Source of the DNA: Burkholderiales bacterium
GTDB lineage: Bacteria > Pseudomonadota > Gammaproteobacteria > Burkholderiales > SG8-39
Assembly (NCBI GenBank): GCA_033582675.1
Contig: JAVQZY010000020.1
Span: forward strand, 286,615 to 350,614
Reading direction: 5' to 3'
DNA: 64,000 nucleotides
In this document: positions 10,052 through 18,215 of the stretch, one piece after another
Layout: every line of letters starts with the position of its first letter
Position numbering within the stretch: position 1 is the stretch's first letter
The notes under the pieces: generated by a model
Seen by the model: only the letters and a program-made list of their open reading frames with translations
Told to the model about the DNA's origin: nothing
Database searches by the model: none
Program-made: the position numbers and the translations under genes

Positions 10052-11668
10052 TCAGTGTTTGAAAAGCTGCACCGTCGAAGCGTGAGACGTGCCCGCGAAG
10101 GCGTGCATGCCGACACCGACATGGTCACCCGCCGCGCCCATGAAAACCCCCCGCATGTTTAACGTGGCCGAGGTGGAGTTGCAGCCAGGTCCTGAGCATG
10201 AGCCCGCAGCGGAAGCAGAGAAAAACGCGCCCTTGCCGAACTGGATCGGCGCAGTGATCGGGCCGAGGAAAGACCAGGTCTGAGATGGATAGGGATATCC
10301 GAAAACCATCGCCAGCCCGCTGAAGGAGACCGTCTTAGCGGTGAAGTCCACCCCCGCACTCGACAGACTGAACGATCCCAGAGCCCCCTGCTCGTTTGTC
10401 GGCGGCGTTCCGCCTACGAGCGAAAGCGAGAAAGTTCCGCTCTTTGCGTTCACCACCTCCGGCGGCGCGATCGGCCCGAGCAGATAATGGAAGTGATTGT
10501 TGGGGCCTATGTTGAATGACGAGCTGCCGATCGCGACCGTACCCTCCTCCCATCGCCCCCAGATCGCGCCGATCGCGTTCGCGGTCGTGTCGTTGAACAT
10601 CGCGGTGATCGGCCCCGCGAGCCCGCTTGTCGCGCTCGTTCCGCCGCCCGGCACCGCGTTGTTGCCTGCGAGGATCTGGAACGACGAAAGCTTGGTGTTC
10701 GGGCCGACGACGACGGTCGTAAAGTCCTGCGAGCGGAGAAATCCGCCGACGGTTTCGCTACTGAAGGCCCCGACAAGCGCGTGCGTTATCGCGCCCTCGG
10801 CGGGAACAACCGCGGACGAGCCGGCCGACGTTCGCGTCTCGGTCGACATGAACGCGCTCTCTCGCGGAGGAGGGGGCACCTCGTTCTGGCGACCCTCCGA
10901 GTCGATACCGCCCGCGACCGTCTCCCCGGTTTCCTCGCCGCGCTGCCCGGTTCTGCGCTGCTGCCCTTCCAAGCGGTCGAACAGGAACCGAGGAGGTGAG
11001 AGAAGCCGTTGCGGCGGACTCGTCCGATCGGGGACGTGGAAAAATTCGCCCGCGCCGAACTCGGCGTCACCCCCTTCGTTGACGACGCCGATCCGCCCGT
11101 CGCTCACGCCTCCGTAGGTCCCGCTCGGCGCAGGCGACGCCGCTGCCTGAGCAATAAGCGGCGCATCGCTCATGCGCGGCGCCTGCGCAAGCAGCAGCCC
11201 GGCGCGCCCGCCTACGGTGCAGGGCGAAAGGTCGTTGCACTCGCGAAGCACGAAATGCGTGCCGCGAATACCGATGGAGGCGGTCGCGGTGCGCACGCCG
11301 TAGCGGTCGTCGCGGCGCAGCTTGCCGATCGCGCCGGCGATCTTGCGCATGCCGCCGGCGACGAGCGTGAGGAAGCTGCGCTCGCTTCCGTCGGCCGCAC
11401 CGCGCCAGACGTATTCGTCCACGCGCAGGATCGAACGTTCCCGAAGCGAAAGAATGGCCCCGTCGGCGAACCGGATCTGCACGTTGCTCGCCGGGCCGAC
11501 GCGGACGGTGTCACCTTGCTCGATCGTGGAGCCGCGCGCAAGCGCTATCCGCGTCCCGGCGCGCTCGACCTCCGCCTCACCGACAGCAACCAGCACTCGC
11601 CCCACCTCGGCGAAAGCGGCGCACGAGCAAAGGGCGAGCGATATCGCGAACAACCTCGATGCTCTCAT
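10052..11668 (-). CDS. Secreted FecR-domain protein with a TbpB-handle-like C-terminal beta domain.
   Basis: Signal peptide MRASRLFAISLALCSCAAFA. FecR-like N-terminus (GEAEVERAG..TIEQGDTVRVGPASNVQIRFADGAILSL). Pro/Gly-rich linker. The C-terminus shows alternating beta patterns, ending GVFMGAAGDHVGVGMHAF. Confidence 0.75.
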   Translation of the reverse strand: MRASRLFAISLALCSCAAFAEVGRVLVAVGEAEVERAGTRIALARGSTIEQGDTVRVGPASNVQIRFADGAILSLRERSILRVDEYVWRGAADGSERSFLTLVAGGMRKIAGAIGKLRRDDRYGVRTATASIGIRGTHFVLRECNDLSPCTVGGRAGLLLAQAPRMSDAPLIAQAAASPAPSGTYGGVSDGRIGVVNEGGDAEFGAGEFFHVPDRTSPPQRLLSPPRFLFDRLEGQQRRTGQRGEETGETVAGGIDSEGRQNEVPPPPRESAFMSTETRTSAGSSAVVPAEGAITHALVGAFSSETVGGFLRSQDFTTVVVGPNTKLSSFQILAGNNAVPGGGTSATSGLAGPITAMFNDTTANAIGAIWGRWEEGTVAIGSSSFNIGPNNHFHYLLGPIAPPEVVNAKSGTFSLSLVGGTPPTNEQGALGSFSLSSAGVDFTAKTVSFSGLAMVFGYPYPSQTWSFLGPITAPIQFGKGAFFSASAAGSCSGPGCNSTSATLNMRGVFMGAAGDHVGVGMHAFAGTSHASTVQLFKH

Positions 11669-11971
11669 CGCTCCCTCTCGAAGTTCATGCCGCGGCCGAA
11701 GCGCGGCGGTCGACGTCCCGCGTCCGGACGAGAAGCGCGTTCGCCGAGGTCCCGCTCGGGCGACCGGAAGGCGCCGAATGATCCGCCGGTTGTCGCCGCG
11801 AACGCCCGCTGATTGCAGCGCGTCTTCCGACGGCCGGCAAGGTTGCGAGCCGCCCGTCCTGCGGCCCGCCAGAACCGGTCGCGCCCCGCTTCTCCGAAAA
11901 CGCGCGGCGCGATTTTCGCTCGGCCGCCGCCGCGCTTCAACTCGCGCTCGCCTCGCGCGCCGCCGCCCGGC

Positions 11972-12607
11972 TCACGGCCCGCTTCCCCGCGCACCGCCCT
12001 CGCCGCCGAGAACGAAACCGATGCGCCGCCTCGTCTGCGCCGCGCGTTCGCGTTCGCCCGCCGCCTCGGCGCGGCGCGCTTCCACTTCGAGCCACGCAAC
12101 GAGCGGCCGACGCCAACCCTGGGCGGAGGCGATCTCGATCGCCTCGGCGATCTCGGGCGGCGCGATCCTTCCTGCGCGCAGCCGCACCGCCGCACGTACG
12201 AGCCGCGAAAGCGGCTCGTCGGCCGCGGCGCGCTCGCGCCGGCCGGCGAGGTAGTCCGCGTAGGCGAGCTCCTCCGCTCCGGCGTCGGCGCGCAGCCGCT
12301 CGAAGCCGGGGCAGTCGTCGAAGTCGAGGCTCGCCGTGCGCACCGCGCAGCGGGCAAGCTCCGCGCGCGCGGCAAGATCGATCCGTCCGGTCTTCGCGAT
12401 CGCGGCGCGAAGCCGCGCGAACTCGATCTCCGCAAGGCGCGTGTCGCCGGCGAGAAAATGCCGCTCGAAGGCCGCAAGCGCCGCGCGCGCCTCGAGCTGC
12501 CAGTCGGCGGGTGGCGGCCCCGAGGCGCAGCCTGCGACAGCGAGCGCCGCGCCGGCGAGCGCGCGCCTCACGGCAGCCGCAGGCGCGTGTCGCGCTCGAA
12601 CGGCCAT
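11972..12607 (-). CDS. Helical lipoprotein of unknown function. An alternative GTG start at 12571 overlaps the MlaD stop.
   Basis: Lipobox LAVAGC after a basic n-region. The body is Ala/Arg-rich and helical. It is co-oriented with and overlaps the MlaD-like gene. Confidence 0.6.
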   Translation of the reverse strand: MAVRARHAPAAAVRRALAGAALAVAGCASGPPPADWQLEARAALAAFERHFLAGDTRLAEIEFARLRAAIAKTGRIDLAARAELARCAVRTASLDFDDCPGFERLRADAGAEELAYADYLAGRRERAAADEPLSRLVRAAVRLRAGRIAPPEIAEAIEIASAQGWRRPLVAWLEVEARRAEAAGERERAAQTRRRIGFVLGGEGGARGSGP

Positions 12608-13581
12608 CGGCGGTCGATGTCCTCGATCAGGGCGCCGAGCCGACGCAGGCTCGCCTCGACCTCGGCGCGCAGCGCCGCGAGATCCGTCGTCGCGCGGGCG
12701 ACATTGCCTGCCGCGGTCCGCGCGCTCGCCGCGGTCGCCTGCGCATCCGCAAGGATCGCCTCGACCGCGGCGAGCCGCGCGCGCATCTCGGCGAGGAGCG
12801 CGCGCGCCTCGGCGGCGGCCTTCGTCGCCTCATCGGCGATGCCGCCCACCCCGAGCAGCCGCTCGTCGCTTTTCGCGATCAAGCCTTCCAGCCGGCTCGC
12901 CGCCGCGCCGAGCGAGGCAACGAGCGCGTTCGCCCGATCGAGCGCGGCGAGCACCTTCTGTGCGTGCGCCTCCTCGCCGAGGAGCGCGCCGAGCACGCCG
13001 GTGCGGCCGGCCATGCGCTCGGTCACCGCGCGCAGGTCCGCGAGGCTCTTCGCGAGGCTCGACTCCGGGCCGGTCAGACGCTCGGCGTTCTCCAGGATCG
13101 CGCGCAGCGTCGCGATCATGCGCGGGATCTCCTCGGTCGTGTCGCCCCGCAGAACCGGGCGCACCGCGCCGTCCTCGAGCGGCGCGTCCTCGAGGTTTCC
13201 GGTGAAGGCGCGGATGCGCGCGGCGCCGAAGAGCGACACCTCGAGCGTGAAGACGCTCGAGCGCCGCAGCCACTTCGCGTCGCGCTTCGGCACATCCACT
13301 TCGATCCGCGCCCTGCCGTCCTCGGCAAGGGCGATGCGCCGCACCCGCCCGATCGGAAAGCCGGCGAAGCTGAGGTCCATGCCGACGGTGACGCCCTCGG
13401 CGTTGTCGGCGACGAGCACGAGCCGCTGCGTCGCCTCGAAAACCCCGCGCGCATAGAGCGTGTAGAAGACGAACGCGACCGCAAGGAGCGCGGCCGCGCC
13501 GAGGAGCATTCCGGCGCGCAGCCCGAGGTTGCGCGGCACCCGCGCGACCGGCGTCTCGCGCTCGTGGCCCGGGCCGTCCAC
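12568..13581 (-). CDS. MlaD/MCE-family protein with a long C-terminal helical extension.
   Basis: TM segment LLGAAALLAVAFVFYTL, then an MCE core (VLVADNAEGVTVGMDLSFAGFPIGRVRRIAL..RIEVDV). GTG at 13581 lies 7 nt after the MlaE stop; an alternative ATG is at 13509. Confidence 0.8.
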   Translation of the reverse strand: MDGPGHERETPVARVPRNLGLRAGMLLGAAALLAVAFVFYTLYARGVFEATQRLVLVADNAEGVTVGMDLSFAGFPIGRVRRIALAEDGRARIEVDVPKRDAKWLRRSSVFTLEVSLFGAARIRAFTGNLEDAPLEDGAVRPVLRGDTTEEIPRMIATLRAILENAERLTGPESSLAKSLADLRAVTERMAGRTGVLGALLGEEAHAQKVLAALDRANALVASLGAAASRLEGLIAKSDERLLGVGGIADEATKAAAEARALLAEMRARLAAVEAILADAQATAASARTAAGNVARATTDLAALRAEVEASLRRLGALIEDIDRRWPFERDTRLRLP

Positions 13582-13588
13582 CGCCCGC

Positions 13589-14362
13589 TCAGCCGACGTA
13601 GCGCGCAGCGAGCGCCGCGATCTCGATCGCCGCGATCGCCGCGAACACCCGCACCATCGCGGCGCGCACTGCGACCGGCGCGGTGCGCCGCCGCCGGTCG
13701 GCGGAAAGCCCCGCCTGGATCGGAAAGAGCGCGACCGCGGCGCCGAAGAGCACGCACTTGAGCGCAAGACCGGCGAGCGTCGCCCCGCCGAAGACGCGGC
13801 CCACGGCGCGCGTGTACTCCTCGAACCCCCAGGGCGAGGCGCCGTACATCGCCGCGTAGGCGATCGCGAGCGCGAGCGTGCAGGCGAATACCGTCAGCGA
13901 GGCGACCGAGGCCGCCGCCGCCGCGACGCGCGGGGCGAACTCGCAGGCGAGCGGATCGCGCCCCTCGGCGCGCATGCGCTCGAAATCGCCGGCGATCGCC
14001 GCAAGCGCGATCTCGGTCGCGATCGCCGCCCCGGACCGCAGCGCGACGAAGAGCGCGGTAAAGAGCGGCGCGAGCTCCAGCACGAGCACCCGCATTACGA
14101 GCTCCAGCGCGAACTGCGACAGGCCGAAGTCGCGCGCCGCCTCGATCGCGATCGTCGCGGTGACCGCCGCGGCGAGCGCGGCAAAGAGCGCGAACCCGGG
14201 CAGAATCTCGCCGGCGGTGAACCAGATCTGGCGCAGCGCGAGCGTGCGCGCCTGCGCGTCGTAGCTCGAAGGCGAGGCCGCCGCCGCAAGCGTCGCGCCG
14301 GCGAAGACGAGCGCGCCCCGCCAACGCGCGAGCCGGTCCGCGAGAATGCCTCCGGGCACCAT
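13589..14362 (-). CDS. MlaE-family ABC transporter permease.
   Basis: 257 aa, polytopic, with the MlaE-type pattern (LRQIWFTAGEILP.., LELAPLFTALFVALRSGAAIATEI). Confidence 0.8.
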   Translation of the reverse strand: MVPGGILADRLARWRGALVFAGATLAAAASPSSYDAQARTLALRQIWFTAGEILPGFALFAALAAAVTATIAIEAARDFGLSQFALELVMRVLVLELAPLFTALFVALRSGAAIATEIALAAIAGDFERMRAEGRDPLACEFAPRVAAAAASVASLTVFACTLALAIAYAAMYGASPWGFEEYTRAVGRVFGGATLAGLALKCVLFGAAVALFPIQAGLSADRRRRTAPVAVRAAMVRVFAAIAAIEIAALAARYVG

Positions 14363-14372
14363 GGCGCGAGTT

Positions 14373-14378
14373 TACAAT
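14373..14378 (+). promoter_or_regulatory. Candidate -10 hexamer TACAAT.
   Basis: Part of the 13-mer GCGAGTTTACAAT (14366-14378). It lies 4 nt before GTG 14383 and 16 nt before ATG 14395. Confidence 0.4.
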
Positions 14379-14382
14379 CCCG

Positions 14383-16128
14383 GTGACGCACCGCATGAGC
14401 CGCAGGCGCAAACGACCCGAGGAGCTGCGCAGCCACCGCTGGTTCGGCGTCGCGGACCTGCGCGCCTTCGGCCACCGCTCGCGCATGGCGCAGATGGGCT
14501 ACGACCGCGCCGAGTTCGCCGGGCGGCCGGTGATCGCGATCGTCAACACCTGGTCCGACATCAACCACTGCCACGCGCACTTTCGCGCGCGCGCCGAGGA
14601 CGTAAAGCGCGGCGTCTGGCAGGCGGGCGGGTTTCCGCTCGAGATGCCGGCGATGGCGCTCGCCGAGCCGATGCAGAAGCCGAGCACGATGCTCTATCGC
14701 AACTTCCTCGCGATGGAGACCGAGGAGCTGCTGCGCTCCTACCCGGTGGACGGCGCAGTGCTCTTGGGCGGCTGCGACAAGACGACGCCGGCGCTCTTGA
14801 TGGGCGCAACGAGCATGAACATCCCGGCGATCTACGTGCCGGCCGGGCCGATGCTCTCTGCGCACTGGCGCGACCAGACGCTCGGCTCCGGGTCGGATGT
14901 CTGGAAATACTGGGACGAGCTCCGCGCCGGAGGAATCGGCGAAGAGGACTGGCGCGAAATCGAAACTTCGATCGCGCGCTCGGCCGGCACCTGCATGACG
15001 ATGGGCACCGCCGCGACCATGATGGCGCTTGCCGAAGTGCTCGGCTGGTCGCTTCCCGGCGCCTCGTCGATTCCGGCGGTGGATGCGAACCACGCCCGCA
15101 TGGCCGCCGCAAGCGGCCGGCGCATCGTCGAGATGGTGTGGGAGGACCTGAAACCGCGCGACTTCCTCTCGCGCGCCTCGTTCGATAACGCGATCACCGT
15201 GCTGATGGCGCTCGGCGGCTCGACGAACGCGGTGGTGCATCTCACCGCGATGGCGCGCCGCGCGGGGCTCGCGTTTCCGCTGGAGCGCTACAACGAAATC
15301 GCCGCGCGCACGCCGGTGCTCGCGAACATCCGGCCCTCCGGCGAGCGCTATCTGATGGAGGACTTCTACTACGCCGGCGGCCTGCGCGCGCTCCTTGCCG
15401 AGATCCGGGACCTGCTGGACCTTTCGGCGCTCACGGTGAACGGTCGAACGCTCGGCGAAAACATCGAGGGCGCGCGGATCTGGAACCCCGAGGTGATCCG
15501 GCCGAGGAGCCGCCCGGTGAAGCCCTCGGGCGGGCTCGTCGTCCTCAAAGGCTCGCTCGCCCCGGACGGCGCGGTGATCAAAGCGAGCGCCGCCACCCCT
15601 GCGCTCCTCAGGCACACCGGGCGCGCGGTGGTGTTCGAGGATTACAACGACATGGCGGCGAGGATCGACCGCGACGATCTGGAGGTGGACGCCTCCTCGG
15701 TCCTCGTGCTGAAGAACGCCGGACCGCTCGGCGGCCCGGGATTCCCCGAATGGGGGATGCTGCCGATCCCGAAGAAGCTGCTCCGCCAGGGCGTGCGCGA
15801 CATGGTGCGGGTGTCCGATGCCCGCATGAGCGGAACGAGCTACGGCACCTGCGTGCTGCACGTCGCGCCCGAGGCGTACGTCGGCGGGCCGCTCGCGCTC
15901 GTTCGAACCGGCGACCTCATCGAGCTCGACGTCGAGCGGCGCGCGCTCAACCTGCTCGTTTCGCCCGAGGAGCTTTCGCGCCGGCGCGCAGAGTGGCGGC
16001 CGCCTGCGCCGCGCTATGCGCGCGGCTACGGCGCGATCTTCTCGCGCCATGTGACGCAGGCGAACGAGGGCTGCGACTTCGACTTCCTCGAAGGCACCGC
16101 GCCGGTGCCCGAGCCGGAAATTCACTGA
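14383..16128 (+). CDS. IlvD/Edd-family dehydratase (sugar-acid / dihydroxy-acid dehydratase paralog). An alternative ATG is at 14395.
   Basis: 581 aa with LRSHRWFG, GGCDKTTPALLMGA, AGTCMTMGTAATM and MSGTSYGT motifs. Confidence 0.9.
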   Translation: MTHRMSRRRKRPEELRSHRWFGVADLRAFGHRSRMAQMGYDRAEFAGRPVIAIVNTWSDINHCHAHFRARAEDVKRGVWQAGGFPLEMPAMALAEPMQKPSTMLYRNFLAMETEELLRSYPVDGAVLLGGCDKTTPALLMGATSMNIPAIYVPAGPMLSAHWRDQTLGSGSDVWKYWDELRAGGIGEEDWREIETSIARSAGTCMTMGTAATMMALAEVLGWSLPGASSIPAVDANHARMAAASGRRIVEMVWEDLKPRDFLSRASFDNAITVLMALGGSTNAVVHLTAMARRAGLAFPLERYNEIAARTPVLANIRPSGERYLMEDFYYAGGLRALLAEIRDLLDLSALTVNGRTLGENIEGARIWNPEVIRPRSRPVKPSGGLVVLKGSLAPDGAVIKASAATPALLRHTGRAVVFEDYNDMAARIDRDDLEVDASSVLVLKNAGPLGGPGFPEWGMLPIPKKLLRQGVRDMVRVSDARMSGTSYGTCVLHVAPEAYVGGPLALVRTGDLIELDVERRALNLLVSPEELSRRRAEWRPPAPRYARGYGAIFSRHVTQANEGCDFDFLEGTAPVPEPEIH

Positions 16129-16176
16129 TGCGCACCGGCCGCGGCAAGCGCCTGCCACCGCTTTGCCCTGCGGCCC

Positions 16177-16668
16177 TCAGATCACCGCCGGCGCATTCGG
16201 CAGCTCGTCGGGATTAGGCCCCTCGCGCGCCGGAAAGTGGCGCACGAGAAGCTCGCTCGTGGCCCGGATGCCCGCGAGCATGCCTGCGAGGTAGCGGCCG
16301 GCGGCGAACTCGCGCTCCATCGCGCGGCAGATCTCCTCCCAGGCGGCCTCCCCCGCGCGGGCGTGGATGCCGCGATCGGCGACGATCTCGACGTCGCGGT
16401 CGGCAAGGAGCACGTAGATGAGGACGCCCCCGTTCTCCTCGGTGTCCCAGACGCGAAGCCGCGCGAAGAGCTCGAGCGCCCGCTCGCGCGGGCTCGCGCC
16501 CCGAAGGAGCGCCGCAAGCGGCAGGCCCCCTTCGATCGCCACCCGGATCTCGCCCCGATGGCGCCGCTCCGCTTCGGCGACCGCGCGCTCGATCTCGGCG
16601 AGCGCCGCGGGTGGAAAGGCGCGGCGCATCAGCGCCTCGTCGAGAAAGAGGTGACGCAGCCAGCGCAT
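16177..16668 (-). CDS. TPM-domain protein (third gene of the LemA-TPM-TPM operon).
   Basis: 163 aa starting MRWLRHLF.., with GEIRVAIE..VWDTEENGGVLIYVLLADRDVEIVADRGI. ATG at 16666-16668 lies 2 nt after the upstream stop. Confidence 0.75.
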   Translation of the reverse strand: MRWLRHLFLDEALMRRAFPPAALAEIERAVAEAERRHRGEIRVAIEGGLPLAALLRGASPRERALELFARLRVWDTEENGGVLIYVLLADRDVEIVADRGIHARAGEAAWEEICRAMEREFAAGRYLAGMLAGIRATSELLVRHFPAREGPNPDELPNAPAVI

Positions 16669-16670
16669 CG

Positions 16671-17543
16671 CTACCAGCGGCCCGAGGCGCCGCCGCCGCC
16701 GAAGCCACCGCCCCCGCCGCGGAATCCGCCGCCGAAGCCGCCGCCTGCGCCCCCGAAGCCGCCGCCCCAGCCCCCGGGGACCCCGCCGTAGGTCCAGCGC
16801 CCCGAGCGCCCCGCCCCGGTGTTCGCATAGGCGATCGCGAAGGCGACGAGCGCCGCAAGGATCGCGACCGCAAGCCCGAAGATGTGCCACGCGAGGAAGC
16901 CTGCGCCAGCGCCGGTCGCGAGCGAGCCGGCGAGCCGCCCGAGAACGACCCGCAGCACCGCGCCGGCGGCGACGACGAAAAAGAGGAACACCGGGATCGC
17001 TTCGACGACGGCGAAGGCGGAAGCGCCGCGCTCGCGCGCCGACTGAGGCGCGGGCAGCCGCTCGCCCTCGGCCAGACGAATCAGCGCCTCGAGACCGCTC
17101 GCGAGCCCGCCGTAGAAATCGCCCTCGCGAAAGCGCGGAACGATCCGCTCCTCGATCACGCGCTTTGCGACCGAGTCCGGAATCGCGCCCTCCAGCCCGT
17201 AGCCCACTTCGATCCGCACCCGCCGGTCCTCCTTTGCGACGAGCAGGATCAAGCCGTCGTCCACGCCCTTGCGGCCGATTCTCCACGCTTCGGCAACCCG
17301 GATCGCGTACTGCTCGATCTCCTCGGGCTTCGTCGTCGGCACGAGGAGCACCGCGAACTGCGTGCCGCGGCGCCGCTCGAAGTCGGCAAGGCGCGCTTCC
17401 AGCGTCTCGCGCTCGCTCGGCGAGAGCGTTCCGGTGAGATCGGTGACCCGGGCCTTGAGCGGCGGCACCGGCACCTCGGCCGCCGCCCCCGTCGCGAGCG
17501 CCGCGAGCGCGAACAGCGCGGCGGCGAGGCGGGCCATCGGCAC
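16671..17543 (-). CDS. TPM-domain (YgcG-like) membrane protein with a Gly-rich tail.
   Basis: Signal peptide; VTDLTGTLSPSE..FAVLLVPT..GLILLVAKEDRRVRIEVGYGLEG; TM segments; C-terminal GGFGGAGGGFGGGFRGGGGGFGGGG. Confidence 0.8.
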   Translation of the reverse strand: MPMARLAAALFALAALATGAAAEVPVPPLKARVTDLTGTLSPSERETLEARLADFERRRGTQFAVLLVPTTKPEEIEQYAIRVAEAWRIGRKGVDDGLILLVAKEDRRVRIEVGYGLEGAIPDSVAKRVIEERIVPRFREGDFYGGLASGLEALIRLAEGERLPAPQSARERGASAFAVVEAIPVFLFFVVAAGAVLRVVLGRLAGSLATGAGAGFLAWHIFGLAVAILAALVAFAIAYANTGAGRSGRWTYGGVPGGWGGGFGGAGGGFGGGFRGGGGGFGGGGASGRW

Positions 17544-17547
17544 GCGG

Positions 17548-18144
17548 CTATTTCGCTGCCGGCTTGCCGAACTCGACCTTCGGCGGCGCGGCGAGCGCCT
17601 TCTCGTTCTCGACCGTGAAGTTCGCCTTCACCTTGTAGCCGAAGAGCATCGCGGTGAGGTTGGTCGGGAACTGGCGCGCGAGCGTGTTGTATTCCTGCAC
17701 CGCGCGGATGTAGCGCCCGCGCGCGACCGCGATGCGGTTCTCGGTGCCGGCGAGTTCGGCCCGAAGCTCGCCGAATTCGCGCGTCGCGGCAAGCTGCGGG
17801 TAGGCCTCGGCGACCGCGAGCAACCGCGCGAGCGCGCTCGAGAGCTGCGCCTGCGCCGCCTGAAACCTCGCGAACGCTTCCGGGTCGTTGACGAGCTCGG
17901 GCGTTGCGCGAATGGCGGCGACCGAGGCGCGCGCCTGGGTCACTTCCGCGAGCACCTGCCGCTCGAAGTCGGCCGCGCCCTGCACCGTCGCGACGAGGTT
18001 CGGAATGAGATCCGCGCGGCGCTGATAGTTGTTGAGCACCTCCGACCAGGCGGCGGTGACCGCTTCGTCGAGCCGCTGAAACTCGTTGTAGCCGCAGCCC
18101 GAAAGGGCGAGCGTCGCGGAAAGGGCGACGAAGAGCTTGCGCAT
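17548..18144 (-). CDS. lemA: LemA-family lipoprotein.
   Basis: MRKLFVALSATLALSGC lipobox, then GYNEFQRLDE..RRADLIPNLV..ENRIAVARGRYIRAVQEYN. ATG at 18142-18144. Confidence 0.88.
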   Translation of the reverse strand: MRKLFVALSATLALSGCGYNEFQRLDEAVTAAWSEVLNNYQRRADLIPNLVATVQGAADFERQVLAEVTQARASVAAIRATPELVNDPEAFARFQAAQAQLSSALARLLAVAEAYPQLAATREFGELRAELAGTENRIAVARGRYIRAVQEYNTLARQFPTNLTAMLFGYKVKANFTVENEKALAAPPKVEFGKPAAK

Positions 18145-18165
18145 GGCAATCCTTCCTGCGAACGA

Positions 18166-18190
18166 GGCGCCCTCCCCAGATGGGGGCGCC
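18166..18190 (-). terminator. GC-rich hairpin downstream of the Ldh2-family gene.
   Basis: GGCGCCC (18166-18172) pairs with GGGCGCC (18184-18190). It lies in the 71-nt gap before lemA and has no U-tract. Confidence 0.35.
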
Positions 18191-18215
18191 CGCTCGCGAT
18201 CCAAGAGCGGCGCCG

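Noticed and set aside
14095-16158. 687-aa ORF antisense to the IlvD/Edd dehydratase gene. Similar long shadow ORFs occur at 30201..32471 (+), 45007..46812 (-), 52679..55132 (+), 55023..57071 (+) and 62317..63984 (+).
   Set aside because: All are Arg/His/Asp-rich with no recognisable motifs. Each lies exactly opposite a strongly supported gene, which is typical antisense read-through in high-GC genomes.
16129-16176. Possible bidirectional terminator between the dehydratase gene and the convergent TPM gene.
   Set aside because: Only an imperfect stem (GGCAAGCG / CGCTTTGCC) could be drawn. That is too weak to report as a feature.
16680-16800. GC-rich short tandem repeat (gccgcc/gaagcc units) that could look like a repeat array.
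   Set aside because: It is the coding sequence of the Gly-rich GGFGGG tail of the TPM/YgcG-like protein. It is in frame and typical for that family, so it is not a CRISPR array or a satellite.
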